Positions 22,921-36,189 are shown, numbered from the stretch's first letter. The stretch: 62,000 bases of DNA from Vicugna vicugna (GCA_013265495.1 MU058418.1:1264917-1326916), one strand, 5' to 3'. Notes: generated by a model not told the origin, from the letters alone. Translations and numbers: made by a program.

Positions 22921-23719
22921 CTCAGGACCTGACTCTTCCCTGAGGATTGACACTAAGAAGGCTTCTCTCTCCAGCTTTCTGTGCAGGTCCATGTGGTGTG
23001 AGGCTGGCAGGACTGAGCAATGTCAGCACATCTCCCAAGCCCAGCATTCATGCTTCTGCTATAAACCATCCCCATCAGCCCCACTGCATTCCTTAATTTT
23101 AAATGCTTTCTTGCTTCATCTTTGTGTTCTTGGTTGCAGGGAAACTATTAGGTGGACAGGTTTATATTTATCCCATGACCTTAAACTCATCCTCAGTAGC
23201 ACTCAGGTGGCCAAGAACACTGTTTCAGATTATTTAATGCTTGGAGTTCAGCCACCAGATGTTTAAAATGTTAAGTAGTTGCAAGTTATAAAACTCATCT
23301 GCTCAAATATAAAGTTTTCACTCAGAGAAAACCATTTTCAGAGATGAAATCAATCTAACCAAAGAAGAAAAGGGCATAAAATCAAGCAGCAGAGCTTGTC
23401 CTGACTCATAAGGAATCCAATCACTTCAATCATCCAGTTGGGTAGGGACCTAGACAACCTGACAGAAGGGCCAGTGGCGGGGGGTGTGGGGTGGGGTGGG
23501 CAAGAGCAGAGCCCTGTTAGGAGTCAGGAGTGTATCTGAGACCCTGTACTGCTACTAACCTTACATAACCTTGGGCAAGTCACTTAGTGTTACTCTTTGA
23601 GCCTCATTTATAAAGTTTTTTCAGTGAAGCTCTGATATTTATAATTTGATTAAATGGTGTACAGATATAAGTGCCCAATAAACACAGGACAAAATGTTCC
23701 ATATATTGAGCAAAAATGT

Positions 23720-24480
23720 TCAATAATGCATTAAGGAAATGCAAATCAAAAACCACAGTGAGCTACCACTTCACATCACTAAGATGGCTAGAATCACAGA
23801 GACAGATAAAACAAGTGTTGGCAAGGATGGAGAGAAATTGGAACCCTCATCCATTGCTGTTGAAAATGTAAAATGGTGCAGCTTTGGAAAACAGTTTGGC
23901 GATTCCACAAAATGTTAAACATTTAAAGTTACTGTATAACTCAGCAATCCTACTCCTAGATATATATCCAAGAGAAATAAAAAATATATGTCCCCACAAA
24001 AACTTGCACATGAATGTTCATAGACAGCATTATCTATACTAGCCAGAAAGTGAAACAACCCAAATACCTACTGACTGATAAACATACCCACAGTGTGGTC
24101 TGTCCATACAATGGGCTATTATTCAGCATTTTAAAAATGAAGTACCGATACATGCTATAACATCGATGAATCCTGGACACACGATGCTAAATGAAGGAAG
24201 CCAATCACGAAGGCCTCATAATGTATGATTCCATGTATGTAAAATATTCAGAACAGGCAAATCCATAGAGAACGAAGTAGGGCCTAAGGGTCGTGGCAAG
24301 AATGAGGAGTAATTGCTGATGGTGATACAGGGTTTTTCTAGGAGTTATATCAGGAGGTCTAAAAATTAGATTGTGGTCATGATTGCACAATTCTGAGAAT
24401 GTACTAAAAACTACTAAACTGTAAACTTTGGTTGAATTTTATAGCATGTCAATTACATCTCAATAAAACTGTTAAAAATC
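23720..24480 (+). mobile_element. Old L1 (L1MB-like) ORF2 end plus 3'UTR
   Basis: GGAAATGCAAATCAAAAACCACAGTGAGCTACCACTTCACA...GTTGGCAAGGATG...TTTGGAAAACAGTTTGGC...CTCAATAAAACTGTTAAAAA. Confidence 0.88.
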
Positions 24481-24499
24481 AGATATCGATATCCACTAA

Positions 24500-24890
24500 T
24501 CATTTGTTCATCCTTTACTTATTGTCTCCCCTCTGCCAGGAGCTGGGCACACCGAGGTGAATGAGACAAAATCCCTAGCCATTATGGGCTCCTGATCCCT
24601 GGGGATGACACACGGACACAATGTAGTAAGTGCCGAGAAGACAGCTTGCCCAGGTGACCTGGGAACACCGAGGCCACTTAAGTCAATCAGGAAGTCTAGT
24701 AAAAGGCTGAGAAAAGGACAGGGAGACAGACATTGTGTGCTGGAGGTGAGGTGGAGAGTAACAGGACCCATCCCTCCTCTCCAGGAGATAACTGAGTGTA
24801 GAGAAAGTGCAGATACACAGGGCAGAGTGTGATAAGTACCATGAAAAATTACTAAGTGCCCTGGAAATTCAGAAGAGGGCAATATAATGA
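24500..24890 (-). mobile_element. L2 LINE fragments
   Basis: CATTTGTTCATCC...GCCAGGAGCTGGGC...GAATGAGACAAAATCCCTAGCC...GTGTGATAAGTACCATGA. Confidence 0.5.
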
Positions 24891-26889
24891 CTTGAATATC
24901 ATTCCTGAATGTTCAGAGAGAAATGGGATATAATTTGGTCCTCTGAGACTTAACAATTCATCTTTAGAACCCAAAATTTAGGGCACACAGTGTGAAAACT
25001 GCTGCTATCATCAAAACGTGCCCTTTGTTTTGCACTAATAACCTATCATATTTTTAACCAAATTCTGTAACATGAAGAATATTAAATTCAGTTGCTAAAG
25101 AAGTATTAGTTGATTTCTGTTGATCAGAGTAACATGGTCTGTGGAATTAAAAATAATTGCTTGTACCTTTGTGGTGCCAACATGATCAGATTCAACCACA
25201 CAAAAATAATTCTCAAAACAGGATACGTTTGGGGCAGAATACACACCCAGCATACGGATGAGCTACACCCTGACACTGGGACCCCTGCAATGTGACCTGT
25301 GCTGTGAGAAGGAAGAGGGGAAGCTGCTGTGAGTCCCTCAGGGACACGGACGAGGGGGCAGGACACTGACGCCCCCAGCTGTTGTCAGAACACCAGTCAG
25401 GGTTCCAGGTGACCTTCTCATGCCAGCTGAGAGCAGGTCCTTTTTCCTGCTGGAACCAGTGTGACATCTAGGGAGGCCCAGGGCACAGCTCCTAATATAT
25501 TGGGAGCTGAACCAGGTCTGCAGCCTATGCGTGGTCTCTAGACCCACCTTGACACCTGGCTCAGGAAGAGTTTCTGGGCTGTCCCTAGACGGTGCCACTG
25601 AGTTTCAGCCCTACTGGAAATTGTGCCCCTGACTGCAGGGGTGGGGAGAAGATGTCCTCACACCTGTTGGCTGCGGGCATTCACAGCCTGCCTTGGCCCC
25701 ATTGGTCCTCCACAGAATGCAGCCTCCATTTCCTGCTTTCCTCAGCCCTCTTGCCATGTTCCACCAGACCAGGACCAGGAAGCACCAGCTTGGGCCCCAG
25801 CTCCGTGACTGTGCAAAGCCCAGGGCCTGCGGACCTTGGTTTTCTTACTCATTCAAGAGGGCTAGCTTGCTGTTTGGAGTCAGACAGACCCGGGATTAAT
25901 GCCTGCTCTGCCCATCGACAGCCTCATGACCCTAACTGGGAAGGGACAACTACATCGCTGGGTGTTCAGGAGCTGAGCACATGGCACAGCCGGCATCCGT
26001 CCAATAGTCATTGTCACCCATGATGAGCTTCCTCAGAGACATGCTGGTCCCAGGGATGCCCATTCCTCCCTACTTTTCAGGCTGACACTTCAGTTCCCTC
26101 TGAAAGATGAAAGAGGCGACCTGAGGAACCTGCTCATGACAGATGGTGGCCGCTGTCACCCCTGATCTCCTGACCCTGGCTGGGACAGCCTGGTTCTCAC
26201 CTTCAGATTTCTTCCAGGAACCCTGCTCCTCACGTTTGTGTTTGTGCTGCTTCTGCAGCAGCGGGATAGGGGCCCTAAATCCTGCCCCGGAACAAACCCT
26301 GTACCCCATGAGATGCAGCTGCTGTGGAGCGTGGCCCCTTGGCGCCGTGCTGCTCTGAAGAAACCATCTCATTCACTAAGCCAACTCGTGGGCTCCACCT
26401 AGGATGAACGCTCAGAAACCTCTTCTCCAGGGAACAGAAACACCCCCAAGTTCTGCAGGCGGACCCCCTGAGGCCTTTGCGTGGATTCTTGGGGGGTCAC
26501 AGACCCCACATTGAGAACCCCTCAGTGAGGACACTCCCTGTCTGTGTGCAGCAGCCTCTCCCAGGAAGCAGGGCTCCGAGTACTTGCCTGCTCTCCGGAA
26601 GGTAACATATTCAGGGTGCCTGGGCCCAGGCACGGCTGCTGAAAATGAGGAGGACCTGCACCCCTCCTCCCAGGGAGACCAAGGGCCCTGAGTGACCCAA
26701 GAGGCCCCCCAAGATGTCCACATGTTCAGGGAGAATCTGGCCCAGTGTCAACATTATAATCTGCAAATTGTAAGTAAAAATCTTAAATTTCTTTAATATC
26801 ATTTTCCTCACAGTAACAAGCTTTCAAGCAGTAGAATGGACCACTGATGTTGTTTGCTGGATGATGGTAAAGGGTAATTTATATATTGT

Positions 26890-27050
26890 TCCCCAGACGT
26901 AAGAACCAGCAGAATCACCTGGGAAGTTTAACACAGATGATTGGACCCCACCAGAAATGTTTTGAATTTGCATCTTCAGTGGAGGGGCCTAGCAGTCTGT
27001 ATTTTAACAAGTGCTCTCAGAGAAACTGTGATTAACTAAGACTGAGACAC
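26890..27050. mobile_element. MER5-like hAT-Charlie MITE
   Basis: CAGAATCACCTGGGAAG...CAGATGATTGGACCCCACC...GGGGCCTAGCAGTCTGTATTTTAACAAG. Confidence 0.6.
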
Positions 27051-28109
27051 AAAGACAATATGTTTAATGTTTGTAAAGAAACTTGTGGAGAAATCAAATA
27101 CTTTAAAGTTACATACCCCAAATATGTTAAATGTATTTATGAGTTCTACCACATTTTTCTATAACCTAAGGCATGTACATAAAACACAGTAAGATTATTT
27201 AACTGAAGTAAGAGAAATGAAATTAGTTAGATTTTAATAGGAGTTAAATTAATGCTGCTTGGTAACCTCATACTTCAGATTCCACAGAGCAATTCCCACT
27301 CTCTTATCTCCTCCCCGCCACAGCCTCCCTTTATTCCCATAAGTGGATTCAGGGTAATCTCAAGCTGGACCATCTCCTCAAACTGTGAGTCCACATCTAG
27401 TGACTTTTTTACCCATTAGGCAAAAGATTTTTATTAAAAATCCAGTGTATCTGAAATACTGAGGGCATGCTCCTGGAACATTCCAGCCTATCTATGGGAT
27501 TTTTCAGTCTGTCCTTGAGAGTGGCATGGTGAGCTCTCCCTCCTCTGTCTATAGTTTCCCCTACAGGCCCCCTCCTTGACAACATCTCCTAAAGGCCACT
27601 TCATCCTCCTCTCTCCATCCTTCCTTGTTTCAGTGGTACAAAAACCTATACCACAGAACAGAATGCCACCTCCTCCAGGAAGCCTTTCTCAGTCCTTCTA
27701 GGGAGAATGAATGAGAACCAAGAGTCTTTGGCTGCATTCTCCCACACCTTTTCTTGAATTTCTCCAGCAGCTCCTACTTCATTCTGCCCTGCTTTGCATG
27801 CCATCCCATGTTTACACATCCCACACTCCCATACATGAGGAAGGCTCAAAAATGGGGCCAGGACTTTATTCATCCTGTGAGCCCTGCCCCAGCTGGGGCT
27901 GCATGGGTATCTGCATGTCCCAGGGCTCCTGGCTGGCAGAATGCAGTCATCCATTAATCCAGTGTCATGGAGCAGCTGAGCTTTGCTCTCCTGTGTTGGG
28001 TTCTTGGGAGAGATGAAAAGGCCCCCAGCACAGCCGCTCCTCCTAAAAAGCTTAGAAATCCATGGTAGGGGTAGGGCAGGCAAGACTAGCATCCTGCAAG
28101 TGCTAAGGG

Positions 28110-29548
28110 CAGTGGTCTCCAACCTGGGGGGAGTGCACACTGCAGGAACACATGACGAGCCCTGGGATGTAGGAAGAAAGGCCCAGAAATTCTGTTCTGT
28201 TGTACTGCTTATTTGAAATTTAGAAAAAAAATCTAAAAACTTAGAAGTACATATTGTTTTATTCATTCTTGCAGTCTGGCTTTTCCTTAGCACTTTCTAG
28301 GTCCCCAGCCAGACAGCCAGAGTCACGTGATTGGTCCTCAGGGCTAGGTGGCCTGGTCTTTTGCCAGCAGTGAATCACCTCTCACTATAGTTTAGTGTTA
28401 CAGGTTGTCCTCATCATGGGTACTTTTATAAAGATGAGACCTTTCAATTGTAGGATTTTTATAGTATTTTGTAAATGAAATGATGGAGGATAGATGTGGC
28501 CACGAAAATCTTTTGAACCACATACAGGTTTTTGGATTGCTCATGGCAAAGTATTTAAAGGAATGGCTGGACTTAAAGATGAGTTATGCATTTTTCTTTA
28601 ACAAACAAATAAAAGAAAAAAAACCTTAATTGTTCTAAATTTGATGGCCTTTCCTGTGATAAGTGGTTTAGTAGTACGCTACTAACGAGTATTTTTTAAA
28701 TCAGGACCTTCAAGGAATGGGTAAGATCTTTTTAATAAGAGTGAGAAGAAAGCAGCTTCACAACAGTGGTAACTGCTGCCATAAAGAGTACATTTTGAAC
28801 ATGTCTGGAAATATTGCATCAAGATGTAATTTGTGGCCAAAAATGATGTCATTTATAAAAGTTCCCACATCTGCACACTTAGAAAACATAAAGTTTTATA
28901 TTCTTCCAAATTAAGGGTTCATCTGTTTAAAAAAAAACAAACAAAATACCTTCTGGTGTCAAGGAGATGGGAGAAAAAACTTTGTGTAACTGGTGGACAG
29001 AACTGAAAAACTAGTTCCAGGAATTAGTAAGTGCAGCAATTAACATAATTTTTTGAATTTGAATCCAAATGTCAGTATCTTCTGCTATTAACAGCCATTA
29101 AAAAGCCAAGCGTAGATATAAACTTCTAGGCCTTTGAATCATAAAGTATTAAGCTACGATTTTAAAAAGGGAATAAAGTATTTCCAATCACAATCTTGAG
29201 AGCAAAAAGCTTTTGCTTTTGCTGTGCATAAATAAGTAATGTAAAAACTTAACCGTTTACAGAGGGAAGAGGGTATAGCTCAGTGGTAGAGCATGTGCTT
29301 AGCATGCACAAAAGTCCTGGGTTCAATCCCTAGTACTTCCATTTAAAAAATGAATAAATAAACCTAATTACCTCTCCCCCTCAAAAAAACTTAACTGTTT
29401 ACAATTTTTCTTTTATTCACCTTTAAAATATATTTTTGTGCTATAGTGTACACATACATCACTACATTAGTAGTAGCTACATTGGTAGCAAAATATGTGT
29501 TATGCTTATTGATTGAGGTATATGATGAAAAATGTTTGGCGACTACAC
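28110..29548 (+). mobile_element. Internally deleted hAT-Charlie DNA transposon with transposase remnant, interrupted by a Vic-1 SINE
   Basis: Left end CAGTGGTCTCCAA and degenerate right end TTGGCGACTACAC. Positions 28430-28600 translate with breaks as RPFNCRIFIVFCK...HENLLNHIQV/WIAHGKVFKGMAGLKDELCIFL, resembling the Charlie/Buster LLYHTEVRWLSRGKVL motif. Confidence 0.7.
29262..29384 (+). mobile_element. tRNA-derived camelid SINE (Vic-1 type) with a 19-bp TSD
   Basis: GGGTATAGCTCAGTGGTAGAG (A box)...GGTTCAATCCC (B box), tail AATAAATAAACCTAATTACCTC. TSD AAAAACTTAAC(C/T)GTTTACA at 29243-29261 and 29385-29403. Confidence 0.92.
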
Positions 29549-29599
29549 ATTAGTGTGCTACAGTGATATGGGCTATACCTTCTGACATCTACTCTTTTC

Positions 29600-30150
29600 T
29601 TCCATCAAAATTCAGGGTCCCATTTTCCTTGGCGATGTCCCACCTTGCTTTGTGGCAATGACATGTGCTGCATGAAGCTGATCCCACCTCAGCTCCAAGT
29701 GTGGCCCCTGTTTGGTTTACACCAGTCAGAGGATCCCATCCCCCTCAGGCATTGTGATTGGCTCAGGGATGAGCACAGGATCCAACCTGGTCCTCACAGA
29801 GAAGGGGAAATACCTATCAAGGGCTTCTGACCAAGAAGCTTCCTAGACCTTCCGGGCACTGCTAGAAGAGATTTCTGTCTTTCTCTGGACCATGTGGCCT
29901 GCATCTACGAGGCTCTGCCCGGCACTGCTGCAGTGAGTTCTGCAGCCCAGGGATGAGGCCAACATTCAGAGGAGGTCAGAGTAGAAAGAATCACAGAGAC
30001 ATGGATCCAGAACCCTAAGATAACATGAACTGCTGGATCAATCCAAGCCTGAAATTTTCCCCACCTTTGTGTTTTTTTTTTTTTCAGTTATCGGAGCCAA
30101 GAAATTCCTTTTATTTTGTTGGTATTTGATGTTACTCAAAGTCCTCATTG
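29600..30150 (+). mobile_element. Old MaLR LTR (MLT1K/L-like)
   Basis: GTGATTGGCTCAGGGATGAGCAC...CTGGATCAATCCAAGCCTGAA...TTCAGTTATCGGAGCCAAGAAATTCCTTTT. Confidence 0.6.
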
Positions 30151-33119
30151 AAACAATTTGAGAATAGTCAATTTAGCTGAACCAGAGAACAGAAGCCTCA
30201 TAAGTGTTCTGGAATATGACTAATGGGCAGCTGCACTGCTGGTCTGGAGCAATGCCCAAACTGAAGGCCTGAAGCACAGTTAGCGCTGCACTTCAGAACA
30301 AAGTTGAGTTGCTGGGAGGGCCCGATTCTCAGGGCACCTCATCTACCCAGTTCCAGCGGAAGTTCAACTTGCTAAAAGTCAGCATCTGATGTTTTCTGCC
30401 TCCCTTTTGGTAACTTTACCCTGCTCTCAGACAATGTTCTTTTCACCTGTTTCATTCTAAGGGGTAAATAAATTATGACTCCAATGGATTCTCCCTCCTA
30501 GAGTGTGGTTTGCAAGAGACAGAAACTGATAATTCGGAGAGCTCAGGAGACGATCGGAACTTGCATGTATGCTCAGTTCCCGGCCACAAGGTGGCAGGAG
30601 GAGCTCAGTAAACACAGGCAAAGCCCTGCCTCTTCTGGGCTATGCAGAAAATGGCCCTGGGGAAGCCTGCTCCACCTTGACGAAACCACAACCTGCCAGT
30701 GCCTGGCCAGCTTCTCCTTCCGGGTAAGTTTATAAGGAGAAAAATGATTTTCTTGTTTTCTAGAGTCCCCCATAAAACAAGAGGTGCTGGCCCAACCAAG
30801 TAGAAGCCGCGAGGTTTGATAGCGAAGGTAACCATTAGGGAGGATACGTGTTTCTGCTTCTTCCTCCTGCCCTCTGCCTTTCTTTCTCCCTCTGCAAAAT
30901 GGGGGTTCTGGTTGTGGCTTATCTCACTGTGATAAAGCAGATAAGAGATGAGATGAGTGAAGTGCCCTGAGTGCTGCAGGTGAAAGATGTTTGTCTGGGA
31001 AGATTGGTTTCAGGACGCCATGTGTGTCCAACCCTCCTGGAACCTTCCAGGGACTATGCGAGCTGCCCTGGGATTCCATTGGCTGGGGTACGTGGGGTGA
31101 TCTTTACATGCTGATGTCAGCTACTTAAGTAAGACAGGGACACCAGCTGAGTTACAAGCACTCGCCAGAAAGCCTCACCTCTTGACGAGTGTGGGAGGCA
31201 GTGGAGAGAGACCTTTTCTTTGTCAGGGAGGATTCTGGGGAGGACGGATTTGGAGCCAGGTGCTGGGGTTGAGACCTTAGCCTTGTTCTGATCACCCTGA
31301 CTGTCTCAGCCTTGACTCCCCCACCTGGAAATGCAGGCAAAGCCTGTCTCATAAACCCTCGCAGGCTCAGCAGAGTTGAGAAATGTTCATTCTGATCTGA
31401 GCAAACTTTGTACATAATTGTGTGGGGCAATTAGAGTAGACTGCCTCTTTGTGTTTGATTTCTCCCTTTTCTCGGGGTATCTGGTTGTCCTCCCTGGGGA
31501 AACGTGGTCTCTGTGTTGAGAGGAGCCTCGTGGCATGAGAGGTGTGGTGGGATGCCACTGGTCAGCTCGCTTTGGCTTCTTTCTCCTTCTTGTGAGTGAC
31601 TTCATTCTGTCTTATACACATCACTGTTGTTTCTTGGCATCTTAGGTTGTGAGAGAAGCCTGTGTGTTTTCATTTTAATCAGGAAATTCTTCTCGAGACT
31701 TCACCAAAGTTCTTTCTGTTCCCCTCCTGACCCTCCAAATGTCTTACATGCGGCGGCTGCGAGGTGAAAATTAAGATGAATTGAAGACTCGAGTTATTAG
31801 GAGGAAGGCACTAGAGGAGGTGGCAGGTGCTTAGGTCTTGGTATGGAGGGTCTCCCTAGGCGGCTGGTTTTCTCCAAGTGCAGCCATGGAGCAGCCCCCG
31901 ACTGGGATCTGGGGAACCTGGGAAACCTGGCTGAAGAGCAAACCCTTCCTTGGTTGGGTTTTCTGGATTGGGCCACAGGGAAAAGACTGGTGGTTCCAAT
32001 GAAAGGAACTTCAGAGATAGAATTAAAGTGGAGACATGTCATTGGTACATTGGTCAGATTTCGGTAGTGGGGAGGTGGCAAGTCTGTCCCTCCCCCACTA
32101 TTCCCGCCCTTCCCCCCAGGTCTGGAAGTCTGTAGGTCTCTTTTTCTGAGGGCCAGGAGTTGTCATCTGAGTGCAGGAGGGCACCCTGGCTACGCACGGG
32201 AGAACATGGTTGAGCAAACAAGAATTTTGTATTTTACACTTGAGTTAGGGACATGGTGGCAACTTTGGGAAGGAAATGTGATTGGGGCATATTCATAATA
32301 AATCATGGGCCACCAAGAAGTTGGCAGAGCCCAGAGATGGACCAGGTAAAGAAAATTAGACCTTCCTAAAGAGCATCTCTGAAACACACTAACACAGATG
32401 AACAAAAAGCAGGTTGCCTTACAGTCATGCCCATTCAGCAGAAAAAGGGATCCTCCAGGGCAGATTTTCTATGGTTAGGAGCCAGATGAGCCTGGCAACT
32501 TTATTATAATATTTTCCTCTTCTCCTTTGCACTCAGGAACACTTGGCATCCTTTGTCAAGGGCATGATTACATTAGTGACCTGCAAAAGGCTTTGATAAA
32601 AATAATGTAATTTTATCTAGCTCTGATGATTTGCTGACTCAGTAATAGGTCAGAGCCTGCTACCAATGGCACCCACATGAGCAGGACTGTAGTTTAAGTA
32701 TCTTTGTGTTCAGTGGTATCCCAGGTATGGAGAATTCCAAAGGTCAGTCCTCCCTTCCTTCTACCTGTCTTTCCTTCCTTCTGTCCTTCTGCCTTTGTTG
32801 AGTGCCTCCTATGTGCCGGACATATGAAGACAAGCTAGACACAATCTCTGGCCTCGTCAAGCTTCCAGTCAGTTGGGGAAACAGTGAAGACAGCCCTTGC
32901 GAAAAAAAGAACTAAATCTAATGGTTATAAGTAGGTAAACCGGGAAGAAATAACAAATACCCTCAAACATGAAACCAGAGAAAATAAAACAGCTCCACGG
33001 CATTATACCCAGGTATCAATGACATGGGCCTGAAGTTTTGTTTATAAAGGGGTGCAAACAGAAGGTGTTTGATAAGTGCTTGTTGAAGAAATTAACACAG
33101 TCAGATGTAAGTGCTAGAA

Positions 33120-33260
33120 AGTGCCCCTGAGATTCTCCATTCAGCCCTTTTGTTTTATAGGAGAGGAAACTGAGGCTCAGGAAGGTCAAAAGGCCTGAGT
33201 GAGCCAAGGATGGAGCCGAGAATGGCAGCCATGTCTCCTGGTCCCCGTGTTCTTTCCTCC
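33120..33260 (-). mobile_element. MIR SINE
   Basis: GTTTTATAGGAGAGGAAACTGAGGCTCAGGAAGGT (MIR core). Confidence 0.6.
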
Positions 33261-33309
33261 ACGTACATGGCCTGGGCTTTCAACTTATGATTTGTTTATT
33301 TTATTTTAA

Positions 33310-33610
33310 CCACTAATTGAGGTATGACCAAAAAACTATACATACTTTACATAGATAACTTGATGAGTTAGAAGATGAGAATACACCCATCACCTCTGAA
33401 AGTTTATTTCTACCCTATTTCTTTCTTTCTTTCTGCTTTTTTTTTCATTAAAATTTTTTTCTTTTGTAGTAGAGCACTTAAAATCTACCCTGTTAGCAAC
33501 ATTCTGTGTATACAATATAGTACTATTAACTCTAGGCCCCATATTGTACAGACCTCCAGAATTTATTCATGTCATGTAACTGAAACTTTGTACTTCTGAC
33601 TGATGCCTCC
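33310..33610 (-). mobile_element. Old L1 3' end fragment
   Basis: TAATTGAGGTATGA...AGAGCACTTAAAATCTACCCTGTTAGCAA...GTAACTGAAACTTTGTAC. Confidence 0.7.
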
Positions 33611-33773
33611 CCAAACATACAATTTTTTACAAAGAGATCAAGACACTGTCTTTGCCCTCAAGTATCTCTGAGCCTGGGAGGGAAGATCTCACTGCAAAAG
33701 GACTAAGGCTGAAGCTGAAAGTTTCTGGGCATTAAACAAAACACAATAAGCCAGTGAAAAGAGGAATCCTTTA

Positions 33774-33944
33774 ATTTTAGGGGGGTGGGGTGGGAATTAG
33801 GTTTGTTTATTTATCTATTTATTTATTTATTTTAAATTTAATTTTAATTTAATAATTTTTTAATGGCAATACTGGTGGGGATTGAAGCCAGGACCTCATG
33901 CATGTTGAGCCTGCACTCTACCACTGAGCTATACCTACCCTCCG
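33774..33944 (-). mobile_element. tRNA-derived camelid SINE (Vic-1 type) with a 15-bp TSD
   Basis: Reverse complement GGTATAGCTCAGTGGTAGAGTG...GGCTTCAATCCC plus the same (AATA)n/CCTAATT tail as the 29262 copy. TSD AAGAGGAATCCTTTA at 33759-33773 and 33945-33959. Confidence 0.92.
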
Positions 33945-34429
33945 AAGAGGAATCCTTTAGAAAGAGAAAAATTTGGTTCTGCCGTGTTAGTGCAGTGAGG
34001 CCTCTTGTGATGTCTCCTTCAGGGGTGAACACTGTCAGCTGGAGCCGGGTGTATGAGGTCAGAGCCAGGGCCCAGCCCCCAGCGAAGGCTGCAGTGGTCC
34101 ATGGGCAGCATCCCTCCAACCCAGCCGGCTGTCTTCCAGGTGACAAGGAGCAGAGACAGAGACTGGGGCGGAGACGGCATGGCAATGTGGAGGGACTGCG
34201 GTCTTTGCAGTGAACCAGACCTGGGTTCACGTCTCAACTGTGACCTCAATGTCCTCATTTCTGAAATGGGGAGAACATCAGCTCCTTTACATCACTGTTG
34301 TGATTAATCATAATTAATAGAAGCTCCTGGTACAGGCACTGCTTCTTAGCAGTTGCTCAGTAAATCTTAATTAAACCTAAATTGTTTAAATCCATCATCA
34401 CTAAAAGAAGAATATAAAAAAATTAAGCA

Positions 34430-35225
34430 GTCCAACTATCCCAAGTGCTAGTGAGAATGTGGATAAGGAGCTCACTTGTGCGGTGTTGGTGAGAATGTAA
34501 ACTGTACAACCACTCTGGAGAGCTGTCCGGCATTCACTGACGTGGAAGATGTACATGATTGTGACTTAGAAACTCCTCTATTAAGTACATGCTAAACTCA
34601 TGCACACATGCCTAGGAACATTTAGAACAACAATGATTGTGGTTGCCCTGAACTGGAAGCAACCCAATTAGCCATCAACAGTACAATAGGTATATATAGA
34701 TATCTGTACATGGATTATAGACAGATAATTCTTCATGCAATGGATGACCTTGTGAATATGAACAGGAATGAAGTGCAGCAGCACACAGCAACATGGGTTG
34801 CTCACAAACAGAACCTCACAAACAGAATATCAAGAGGGAGAAGCAAGACATGAAAGAACATGCAGTGTGATTCTATTCATGTGATGATCAAAACCAGGCA
34901 AAACTAAATGGTAGTGTTTAGGGATGCAGACATAGGTGGAAAGCTCTGAGGAAAAGCAAAAAAAAATCACCACAGAAGTTAGGAGTGATTACTTTTAGGG
35001 AGAGAGAGGAGGGTTTTGATGGGGAAGGTACCCCAGGAATTTGTAGGATGCTAGTAACTTTCTATTTCTTGATGTCGGTGTTAGTTATATGGTGGTTCTC
35101 ACTCTCTCTCTTTCTTTTAACATGGTGTCCTCTTGATACCATTCATCAAACTGTGTACTGTTACATAGACTGTACACTGTTCTGTGATTTTCTGTGAGTG
35201 GGTTATATTTCTCAACAAAAAGTGA
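34430..35225 (+). mobile_element. Old L1 (L1MC/ME-like) 3' region
   Basis: TTGGTGAGAATGTAAACTGTACAACCACTCTGGA...CTGGAAGCAACCCAA...AAAACCAGGCAAAACTAAA...GTTATATTTCTCAACAAAAA. Confidence 0.75.
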
Positions 35226-36189
35226 AAAAAAAGTACATGCTGAAGAAGGAGGTGGGAGAACCACCTTCATAGATATAGGACAAATAAAAATTATAGGTGT
35301 CTTTTAAAACATTTTAAGTGCCTGGGTTTCATATTGGATAAATTAAGACATTAAAGGTTAATAAACTTTTATATCTGAAGGAAAGAAGTAGCATTAGTGG
35401 GAGCACATTAAGGACTTCTAGAAGGAATTTTTCAAGCCATCTAACATTCTCATCTTCTGAGTATTTCTTGAATTCAGAAGTTAAGCAACAATGATAGGTG
35501 AATTTCCATCTGGCCTAATTTCAGTATTGTTGTACAGCAACTGTGAAAAAGTGGAGGGGACTAACTTAAAACCTATAAGACAAACAAGTCTTATACTTTT
35601 GAGAAAGGAATGCAATTCTGGTTGTTCACTTGGGGATCAATTAGTTTCAGAAGAACAATTTATTGGTAATATTGAGTCTGTAGAGGGAAAAGAGGTCCAG
35701 ATGGCCACCTCTTTTAGATTGGGCCTCACGGAATTCTTTTGCCTGTGGTTTCCCCAGGGTAGGCCTGATTCTCTACTCAGCAGGTAAACCTGTCTTTGCC
35801 ACTTACCGCAGAGAGTTACCAGGTCTGGGGAGAGGGGAGCTGCTGACACTGGTTTCTGAGGCTCCTGACTGTCGGGCCCTCCTCCCCGCCGCCCATCCAC
35901 TGGAGAAAGGCCGCTGTGCAGTGCATAGTCCCTCCCATTTTTAGGCTCCAGGTCAGTCACAACCCTTCCAGTCATTGTCACGACAGCCCGTTAACTCTCC
36001 AACAACACATTTTTATGGCACAAAAACTTTAAAAAAGGCCCAGCTCAGACCTCATCTTTTTATCAGTTGGCAAAATCCCTACAAACTCCAAAAGGCATTT
36101 AACTCTCCATAGAGAATAGGAAAGCCTGACCCAAAGTGTCTGGGCTTGGGCAGTTCCCTACACAGAACAGATACCTCAGGGTTTGTATT

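Noticed and set aside
27646..28293. 215-aa minus-strand ORF
   Set aside because: Non-ATG start, overlaps the end of a DNA transposon, no recognisable motif or splice context.
29270..29345. tRNA-like sequence (also at 33870-33940)
   Set aside because: SINE head with A-rich tail and TSD, and no proper acceptor stem; not a tRNA gene.
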